From assembly GCA_020634155.1 (NCBI GenBank), contig JACKCI010000001.1, positions 907,768 to 971,767 of the forward strand: DNA of 64,000 nucleotides, given 5' to 3'. Origin of the DNA: Anaerolineales bacterium. Lineage in GTDB: Bacteria; Chloroflexota; Anaerolineae; Aggregatilineales; J027. Positions within the stretch are counted from its first letter, which is position 1. Each line of letters begins with the position of its first letter. The position numbers and the translations under genes were made by a program. Positions 8,652 to 16,036 of this stretch are shown piece by piece. A model generated the notes under the pieces. The model did not search any database, was not told where the DNA came from, and saw nothing but the letters and a program-made list of their open reading frames with translations.

Positions 8652-10000
8652 TCTAGACCTGCCAACTTCTTCTCAAAGGCATATTGTTCGGGCGTGTCAA
8701 TATCGCGTAGGATGCTGTCGGTATCAACATTGACCGCTGTGATGGGATGCTGATTGATAACATCACGCGGCGCACCATGCCGCAAGCGTAGGAGAGCCTT
8801 CCAATAGCGTTGAGGGATTAAAATCGGATGTCCGCGACGCCCCATATAATAGGGTGCCACTATCGACTCCGGCCCTTGAGCCGCCGTCGTCAATACTCGA
8901 TGCACAATCCGTACTGAGATTTGGGGTTGGTCGCCCATCACCACCAAGGCCGCACTGATGTTGTCATCTAAGGCGCGTAAACCGACCCGTAATGATGATA
9001 ACATCTCACCCTTAGAGTACATGGTGTTAAAGACCGTGCGGACGGGGTAACGCTTGAGTTGGGCGCTAATCTCGCCCGCCTTGTAACCCGTCACCACCAC
9101 CACATCCGCTAAATGAAACGCCACCAGCTTCTGTGCAACAGCCTCAATTACGGTACGGTCACCCCACGGCAAAAGCATCTTAGAGCTACCCATCCGCGCC
9201 GAAAGCCCACCCGCCAAAACAATGGCCCCTATTCGGCGCTGCACCTCAGCGACAGGATTTTGCTCATTGTGCATCGAACCCAACACAACACTATGGACAC
9301 GCGGCTCCTTGAGTATCATCTGGGCAATTTTTCTGGCACGCGACATGCTCAAGCCGGGTCGGTCAATCTTGTTGAGCAAAGGTACCACCCGCGCAGTAGC
9401 GGGGACATCTTTCAATCCCAAGGTCTCATCCCGCACAATTTGGGCCACCCATGCAGGTTGAATCGGGTCGCCTTCATGGAAGCCATAGCGCTCAATGATA
9501 GGGTCAGGGTTGTATACCACATTTGAATCAAGTGGCTGCCCTAGCGCATCCAATCCCGCCACAGGCACCGCCACTGTAGTATCGGTCGGCCAAACAGGTT
9601 CATAGGTGCGGGGAGCCTTCAATGGCAAGCGCCGTGAGCCGTCAGCCTCCACCAATAGCACATCGGCATTCATTTCATCCACAAGGCGGGATACACGCTC
9701 AATCGGAATACCGCTGACCTTTTCACCGCGAATCTCTTGATAGACAAAGACCAATCCATAGTCATCTAAAAGCGGTTCAAGTTCACGGGCACCTTGCAGT
9801 AGATTCCATTGCCACTTGGCGGCATGGGGAAACAAGTCAAGTTCTTTGCGGGCAATGCGCGTGGTGGTGGTCGCCAATACCCGCCACCCCATCTCACGCA
9901 ATTCATAGCCAAGCCGCACCAGTGCCGAGGTCTTCCCCCCACCCCCGCTAAAGGATACGACATCACCCCGCTGTATATCTAGCGCCTCACAAAGCCGCAT
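8648..10000 (-). CDS. yqeC: SDMH accessory protein YqeC fused to a MobA/MocA-like molybdenum-cofactor nucleotidyltransferase
   Basis: 450 aa; the N-terminal part (FSGGGGKTS P-loop-like motif, about 240 aa) matches the YqeC family; the C-terminal part (AIVLAGGLSARMG...K) matches the MobA-like NTP-transferase fold. Confidence 0.7.
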   Translation of the reverse strand: MRLCEALDIQRGDVVSFSGGGGKTSALVRLGYELREMGWRVLATTTTRIARKELDLFPHAAKWQWNLLQGARELEPLLDDYGLVFVYQEIRGEKVSGIPIERVSRLVDEMNADVLLVEADGSRRLPLKAPRTYEPVWPTDTTVAVPVAGLDALGQPLDSNVVYNPDPIIERYGFHEGDPIQPAWVAQIVRDETLGLKDVPATARVVPLLNKIDRPGLSMSRARKIAQMILKEPRVHSVVLGSMHNEQNPVAEVQRRIGAIVLAGGLSARMGSSKMLLPWGDRTVIEAVAQKLVAFHLADVVVVTGYKAGEISAQLKRYPVRTVFNTMYSKGEMLSSLRVGLRALDDNISAALVVMGDQPQISVRIVHRVLTTAAQGPESIVAPYYMGRRGHPILIPQRYWKALLRLRHGAPRDVINQHPITAVNVDTDSILRDIDTPEQYAFEKKLAGLE

Positions 10001-10016
10001 TCTCGCTTCCTATCAC

Positions 10017-10829
10017 TCACTCCGTTGGTATGAGTGGGGTAATCCCACAACTCAAAATCGCCTCTAATACCCCACCCCCAATTGCCAGCGATTTCTCGGA
10101 AATAGTGAAACAATGTGCATAAACGCAGCGGGGGTCTAAATCACCTATTTTCATCCCTTGCGTGACGTGTACACTAGGATGAATAAGCCCGCGTAGTCGT
10201 CCCGTAAAAGCCGCTATTACTGGATGACCATTGACTATTGCAATGGTTGCTCCAGCTTCGATTTCATCCCCTATCATAGCATAGGGTTCGACAAAACCCG
10301 CAACAGGCGCTCGCAACACACGGTCACCCGTCATCCCCATCATGTTACCCGGAACATTGGTGTTCGGTTCAGCCGCCCCCTGCCAAATCACACGCCCTAA
10401 GTAATGTCCGCGATTGGTTTCTATCACGGCGTGGCAATCCTCCCCCGCGCTGAAGCCCGGCCCCAAGGCAATCACCAATTCCGCGTCTTGCATAGCTGTA
10501 TCAATGTTGCGTTTGGCGACACGGGCATCAATCACCACTCGTGGGGAGAGGTTACGCCATTCATGGTCATCAATCACGGGAATCTCAGCGGCTTGCAAAG
10601 CCAACCACGCTGCCGATGATGCCTCGATGCAGCGGGCGGTGATGCCCTCTACCTGCACAGTACCCTCAAACATAGCGCTGCCAAAACTCACGGTACGGCG
10701 GACAAGGGTTGGGGCCTCCAACTCGGTCATGACCACCGGATAATGTGCCTTGAATAAACGATAGGCGACCCCAGAACCGAGGTCACCCGCGCCACGAATG
10801 AGGATAAGCGGCAGATTAGATGACACCAA
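10017..10829 (-). CDS. yqeB: SDMH system protein, YqeB/EF2563 family (XdhC-like Rossmann maturation factor)
   Basis: 270 aa; N-terminal LILIRGAGDLGSGVAYRL Rossmann motif; immediately downstream of the Mo-subunit gene with a 14-nt overlap. Confidence 0.6.
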   Translation of the reverse strand: MVSSNLPLILIRGAGDLGSGVAYRLFKAHYPVVMTELEAPTLVRRTVSFGSAMFEGTVQVEGITARCIEASSAAWLALQAAEIPVIDDHEWRNLSPRVVIDARVAKRNIDTAMQDAELVIALGPGFSAGEDCHAVIETNRGHYLGRVIWQGAAEPNTNVPGNMMGMTGDRVLRAPVAGFVEPYAMIGDEIEAGATIAIVNGHPVIAAFTGRLRGLIHPSVHVTQGMKIGDLDPRCVYAHCFTISEKSLAIGGGVLEAILSCGITPLIPTE

Positions 10830-13029
10830 GGCCCTCCTTACGCAAGGCAGCCACCACGCGGTCAGGCGTTAGTGGAATTTCATCCATCCAAACGCCAGTG
10901 GCATCATGCACCGCCGCCGTAATAGCTGGAGCCAGTGGCAAGAACGGCATTTCAGCCATGCCACGCCCGCCCCAAGGCCCAATCGGTGTCGGTATCTCAA
11001 TGATAATAGATTTGACCTCACGGGGGATGTCATAAACCGTCGGTATCAGATAGCTAGAGAGATAGGGGTTGAGGATACGCCCCTCGTGCGAGATGAGGTG
11101 CTCCATCAACGCATACCCTTGGGCTTGGACTACCGCGCCCTCTATCTGACCTTCAATCGCCAAGCGATTCATGGCCTTGCCCACATCGTTGGCACAGACC
11201 ACCCGCTCTAACTTGATAATGCCCGTTTCAATATCAACCTCGACCTCAACCACTTCCGCGACATAGCCATAGGCAAAATTCGGTGTGCCATAACCTGTTT
11301 CGGGGTCAAGCGGTGTGGTGGCAGGTGGACGATATTGATAAGTGGCTTTGGCGGGGCGCTCTTCATCTTGCCATTTTTGCAGCGCTTGTTCAGCGGCCCC
11401 ACGAATGGCATTGCCCGTCATAAAGGTCAAGCGCGACGCCGAGGCACTACCCGAATTTTGGGTCTCAGAGGTATCATGAGAAATGAGGCGCACCTGTTCA
11501 ACAGGCACCCCAACGGCCTCAGCCGTCATTTGAACAAAAGCCGTGTGCGACCCCTGCCCAACCTCGGCACCCGCCGTCCGGACAATCACCTCCTCAATCG
11601 CGGTCCCGCCATAGAGTTCGATGGTTGCCCAGCAATTTTCAGGGGCACCAAAGCTAAAACCGATGTTTTTGAAAGCACACGCAAAACCAATTCCGCGCCG
11701 CTTAGAAGGGTCAGACGGCTGTGTAATGGCTTTCCGCTCCCACGTAACATCCTTCTGCCAATAGCCACTCTCGGCTGCACAGGTTTCAACTACTTCGGGA
11801 ATGGTGACGCCGGGTGGGGCAACTGTTCCCGTTGTCATCATCGACCCCTCGTGTAACAGATTCCGCATCCGCACCTCAACAGGGTCAAGCCCGAGTGCCG
11901 CCGCCAGCTTATTCATCTGGTTCTCAGCAGCAAAGGCTCCTTGTGGGCCACCAAAGCCGCGAAAAGCCCCGCATGGGATATTGTTGGTGCAGACGGCATA
12001 GGTATCGACTGCCACATTTGTCAGTTCATAGGGGCCTGTTACCATCAAGTGGGCATTCCCCATCACTTTATTGGAGGTGTAGTTATAGGCCCCACCGTCG
12101 CCAATGACCTTAGCTTCTACCGCAACCACTTTGCCTTCGCGGGTAGCACCCCAGCGCGTATAAATCCGCACTGGATGGCGCTTATGGTGGTATTGAATCG
12201 ATTCCTCACGGCTCCAAACTGTTTTGATAGGACGTTGCAGCTTCCATGCCGCAAGGGCGAGGACAATCTGCACGCTCATGTCTTCACGACCACCAAAAGC
12301 TCCACCAATGGCTGGATAGATGATACGTACTTGTTCTGGTGGAAGATTCAAAGCGTGGTAGATTTGCTCTTGGTCTTCATGCACCCACTGACCCGATACC
12401 ACAACTGTCACCCGCCCGGCCTCATCAATATAGCTGAGTCCAGCTTCAGGTTGCAGAAATGCATGCTCTTGGTAGCCCGTTTGATAAACACCTTCCACCA
12501 CCACATCGGCTTGCTGCCATGCCGCCTCAAGGTCACCTTGGCGAATACGGTAGTGCGTGATGGTGTTGTTAAGATAGCGGGTATGTAATTGAGGAGCGCC
12601 ATCCGCGAGGGCCACCTCGGGGTCAAATACGGCGGGCAAATCCTCATATTCAACAATGATGAGTTGGGCTGCCGCTTCTGCTGCTTCTGCTGATTCAGCG
12701 ACCACGATGGCGATATTATCCATTAGACAGCGCACAATGTCGGCCCCTTCAATTGTACTGCCGGGGCCACATAATACTGGCTGGTCTTTGATAGTCAGGC
12801 CATATTCATTCACCGGAACATCTTTAGCAGTGAAGACCGCCACCACACCGGGGTAAGCCTCCGCTGGGGTGGTATCCATTGCCACTACGCGGGCATGTAC
12901 TCGATCAGAATAGCGGATTTTGAGCCACAGTTGACCTTCAATATCAATATCGGCGGGATAGAGGGTCTCGCCTGTCACCTTGCCAACCCCATCCAAGCGG
13001 GGTATACGAGTTCCTATCATACTGGTCAT
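10816..13029 (-). CDS. Xanthine-dehydrogenase-family molybdopterin-binding large subunit
   Basis: 737 aa; aldehyde oxidase/xanthine dehydrogenase a/b hammerhead and MoCo-binding signatures (GGAFGGRE/GGGFGG-type motif, C-terminal E...PE...G). Confidence 0.85.
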   Translation of the reverse strand: MTSMIGTRIPRLDGVGKVTGETLYPADIDIEGQLWLKIRYSDRVHARVVAMDTTPAEAYPGVVAVFTAKDVPVNEYGLTIKDQPVLCGPGSTIEGADIVRCLMDNIAIVVAESAEAAEAAAQLIIVEYEDLPAVFDPEVALADGAPQLHTRYLNNTITHYRIRQGDLEAAWQQADVVVEGVYQTGYQEHAFLQPEAGLSYIDEAGRVTVVVSGQWVHEDQEQIYHALNLPPEQVRIIYPAIGGAFGGREDMSVQIVLALAAWKLQRPIKTVWSREESIQYHHKRHPVRIYTRWGATREGKVVAVEAKVIGDGGAYNYTSNKVMGNAHLMVTGPYELTNVAVDTYAVCTNNIPCGAFRGFGGPQGAFAAENQMNKLAAALGLDPVEVRMRNLLHEGSMMTTGTVAPPGVTIPEVVETCAAESGYWQKDVTWERKAITQPSDPSKRRGIGFACAFKNIGFSFGAPENCWATIELYGGTAIEEVIVRTAGAEVGQGSHTAFVQMTAEAVGVPVEQVRLISHDTSETQNSGSASASRLTFMTGNAIRGAAEQALQKWQDEERPAKATYQYRPPATTPLDPETGYGTPNFAYGYVAEVVEVEVDIETGIIKLERVVCANDVGKAMNRLAIEGQIEGAVVQAQGYALMEHLISHEGRILNPYLSSYLIPTVYDIPREVKSIIIEIPTPIGPWGGRGMAEMPFLPLAPAITAAVHDATGVWMDEIPLTPDRVVAALRKEGLGVI

Positions 13030-13475
13030 GAATCCGCCTTCTTTTCTTTGGCTTTGCGGTCAATCGCTTCTTGTTTATCGCGCATACGTTTGAGTGCCTT
13101 GATTTTTTGAGCGCGTTGATGGGCGATTTTGGCCTCATAGCGACGAATCTTGCGAGGAGTAAGATCTTTTTCTTTAAGGCGCACCGTTTTCGATTCTTGA
13201 TCGATGAGTGTATCGCGCCCTTGGATTAGCGACACAAACATCACGATAAGCGCGAGGCTGATAAACCACATCATAATCCCTATCATCAAGTAAAGGTCTC
13301 GGTCTTGAATATCCGCAATCTGCTCAGACACACGGTCATTTTCTCTCAAGAAATCCCCTATCGCGGGAGCCGTCGCATAGCAAATCGCCGCTGTACACAA
13401 CGCCAAAACAAGGCCCATCGCGGGCAAAAGCGCACTTGGCTTGTTTTCTTCAGTGACTTTCTTGAACTCTGTCAT
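13026..13475 (-). CDS. Small membrane protein with highly basic coiled-coil C-terminal tail, embedded between the XDH subunit genes
   Basis: 149 aa; two hydrophobic helices and a Lys/Arg-rich tail (KEKDLTPRKIRRYEAKIAHQRAQKIKALKRMRDKQEAIDRKAKEKKADS); 4-nt overlaps with both neighbours. Confidence 0.45.
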   Translation of the reverse strand: MTEFKKVTEENKPSALLPAMGLVLALCTAAICYATAPAIGDFLRENDRVSEQIADIQDRDLYLMIGIMMWFISLALIVMFVSLIQGRDTLIDQESKTVRLKEKDLTPRKIRRYEAKIAHQRAQKIKALKRMRDKQEAIDRKAKEKKADS

Positions 13476-13477
13476 GG

Positions 13478-14896
13478 TTAGCTTCCTTTGACCGCCTTAT
13501 GAAACGCTTCTATTATTTTATAATATCCTGTGCAACGGCATAAATTGCCGGAGATACTTTGAGCAACCTGTTCATCAGTCGGGTGCGGGTACTCCTCAAG
13601 AAGTTTGGCACCAGACATCAGAAAGCCCGGAATACAATACCCGCACTGCACCGCACCTGTATCCAAGAATGCTTGTTGCAAGGGGTGAAGGTTGCCATCA
13701 CTCGCTAAACCTTCAATGGTGATAATTTCAGCACCATGAGCACGGGGCGCAGGCACCATACAGGCCATCACCGCTACCCCATCCAAAAATACCGTACAGG
13801 CTCCACACTCGCCCTCTGCACAGCCCTCTTTGGTACCCGTTAGGCCTACATAGTCACGCAGAAAGTCCAGTAGATTCAACTGTACACCGCCCGTCACCGT
13901 TACTGTGCGTCCATTCACAGTCGTTGTAATGGTCTCCGCAGCATCACGCTCATGTCGTAAAGTAACGGGCAGTGGTGCAATCGCTGGTGGTTCACCCCCA
14001 CCCCATAGCATGGCGGGGTCAGTTGGGACATGCGTTTTGTAAGAGCCATCCCGAATCGAACGCAAGACCCTTGCTATCAGCACCTTTACCATCTCGGTGC
14101 GATATGACGCAGATGCCCGCACATCATCAATAGGGCGCGGCACACTAGCTGTCAAACGTGCGGTTTCAGCGATAACCGCATCCGTCAATGTTTTCCCAGC
14201 CAGATACTCCTCAGCAAGGGGTACACGAATAATGGTTGGGGCTACCGCTCCCAGCGTGATTTTTGCAGACTGAATACGGTCAGCCTCGAAGGCGAGGATA
14301 GCGGTTACGCTAACGACAGAAATGGCCTGTGCTTGCCGTAACTCAAGGCGCAGAAATGTTCCAACTTGGTTAGGCTGCATTATGGGGATATGAATAGCGG
14401 TTAGCAACTCATCAGGTTGCATCACAGTCTTTCGCACCCCCGTATAGAATTCCACCAGAGGGATCGTGCGATCACCCTTAACAGAACGCAGCGTGACGCT
14501 GGCTCCTAGCGCCATCAGCGGCACAATGGTATCGTTGGCAGGGCTGGCCGTAATGAGATTGCCTGCAATAGTACCCCGATTACGAATTTGGGGAGCGCCC
14601 ACCTTCCAGCAAGCCGCCGCTAGGGGAAAGGCCCATGCGCGGATTAAGGGATTAGCGACTGCTTGATTGTGGTTGACCGTCGGCCCTAGCACTAAGGTTT
14701 GGCCTTCCTGCCGAATACAGTCAAGCTCAGGCACGCGGCTGACGTCAATCAGCGTGTCCACCCCCGCCCGCTGACCACGCTCTAGCTCTATCAAGATATC
14801 GGTTCCACCAGCTACAATTCGCGCTCGTTCTCGGTATTTAGCGAGGAGTTCAAGTGCATCTTCAACAGATGTGACTGAAAAGTAGTTTTTCCACAT
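13478..14896 (-). CDS. Xanthine-dehydrogenase-family FAD-binding subunit fused to a [2Fe-2S] ferredoxin subunit (CoxM-CoxS-like fusion)
   Basis: 472 aa; the N-terminus is an FAD-binding PCMH domain (VAGGTD..IELE); the C-terminus carries the ferredoxin-type C..C..C and CGxC motifs (GCAEGECGACTVFLDG ... CGYCIPG ... LCRCTGY). Confidence 0.85.
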   Translation of the reverse strand: MWKNYFSVTSVEDALELLAKYRERARIVAGGTDILIELERGQRAGVDTLIDVSRVPELDCIRQEGQTLVLGPTVNHNQAVANPLIRAWAFPLAAACWKVGAPQIRNRGTIAGNLITASPANDTIVPLMALGASVTLRSVKGDRTIPLVEFYTGVRKTVMQPDELLTAIHIPIMQPNQVGTFLRLELRQAQAISVVSVTAILAFEADRIQSAKITLGAVAPTIIRVPLAEEYLAGKTLTDAVIAETARLTASVPRPIDDVRASASYRTEMVKVLIARVLRSIRDGSYKTHVPTDPAMLWGGGEPPAIAPLPVTLRHERDAAETITTTVNGRTVTVTGGVQLNLLDFLRDYVGLTGTKEGCAEGECGACTVFLDGVAVMACMVPAPRAHGAEIITIEGLASDGNLHPLQQAFLDTGAVQCGYCIPGFLMSGAKLLEEYPHPTDEQVAQSISGNLCRCTGYYKIIEAFHKAVKGS

Positions 14897-14908
14897 ATCG
14901 GTACTCTC

Positions 14909-16036
14909 TCATTCATACCACCACAGAAACAAACTAGGCGAAAACACAGCGGATGAAAACAGGGCCTGTGGCTCACTTGTCCCATCCACTGGCATCACAT
15001 AAATTGCACTACTAAAGGTCTGGGTGGGTTGATCAAAATAGCTGCCAATAAAATACACCTCATCACCCATCCAACGGGCATCATTCTCAATCAGATTGGG
15101 TGAAAAGGTAAGTTGTTGAGGGTCGATTGCCCCAGTCAAGTCTACCATCCAGAGATCGGTCTGGGGCACCTCATCTACAAGGTCTTGAATGCTGACAATC
15201 GTGTGTTCAGCTTCTGCATCAATGGCTGACCATAATTCAATACTACTGGTGGAAGGAAAAACAGCCAATGGTTCGGACTGGCATGGATCGCCCGGCCCAA
15301 TTACGCAGGCCGTCGGCAGTAATGCCAATGCTAGGCCATTCTCCATATAGTAGGCAATCAGCAACCCCTTATCGCTACTCACCCAGCGATAGTCTGCTAA
15401 GATACCTTGCCCCAAAGCCCATGCAAGACGCGGCAAGACACCACCTTCACGGGGAAGACTATATAGCTGAGGAAAAGGCATACTCGCATCCGTCACATAG
15501 TACACCAGTGCACCCCCTCCCGGAGACCATTCCACATCATAGATTGCTGTGTGGCTAACCAAATCTAGGCTTGTCTCAAGTACAGGGTCTGTTAAGACAA
15601 GCGTGGTTTGTTTCATTGTCCGCTCGTCTTCCGTAGATACTAGATCGGTACGTAACCACGCGATTGAGCCACCATCAGGTGCAATGATCGGGCACGTAAG
15701 GGGATTTTCTCCTACAGGTATCAGCAGCCGTTCACTGGTTGCAATTTCCACTTGATAAGCGTAAGCCTGTTGAATACCCGCAATCGATTGATAAAGAATT
15801 CGCTCCCCACCGGGAAAGGTACTAGGCGGGCAAACTGGACGATTAGCAAAGGTTGCCAGTGTATAAGAGGTGCCTGAATCAAGGTCAATCATAACAAGTG
15901 GAAACCCTTGCCCGTTCACATCGACACCAGATACCAATACATGAGGGCGCGGGTCAGGCGGGTCTTGTGCGACGCTGCTCATGACCACCCCCAAGCTACT
16001 CAATAGAAGCAAAAGTATTACCAGATAACGCATCAT
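14909..16036 (-). CDS. Secreted hypothetical protein, probable beta-propeller (TolB/PD40-like)
   Basis: 375 aa; cleavable-looking signal peptide MMRYLVILLLLLSSLGVVMSSVA; repeated WSPGGG/DG.. strand-like segments; start overlaps the upstream stop (ATGA 16033-16036). Confidence 0.5.
   Translation of the reverse strand: MMRYLVILLLLLSSLGVVMSSVAQDPPDPRPHVLVSGVDVNGQGFPLVMIDLDSGTSYTLATFANRPVCPPSTFPGGERILYQSIAGIQQAYAYQVEIATSERLLIPVGENPLTCPIIAPDGGSIAWLRTDLVSTEDERTMKQTTLVLTDPVLETSLDLVSHTAIYDVEWSPGGGALVYYVTDASMPFPQLYSLPREGGVLPRLAWALGQGILADYRWVSSDKGLLIAYYMENGLALALLPTACVIGPGDPCQSEPLAVFPSTSSIELWSAIDAEAEHTIVSIQDLVDEVPQTDLWMVDLTGAIDPQQLTFSPNLIENDARWMGDEVYFIGSYFDQPTQTFSSAIYVMPVDGTSEPQALFSSAVFSPSLFLWWYE

Noticed and set aside
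10017-10829. Calling this gene XdhC
   Set aside because: Its size (270 aa), its N-terminal Rossmann motif, and its position with a YqeC homologue fit the YqeB/EF2563 SDMH family better. The two families are related, so some ambiguity remains.
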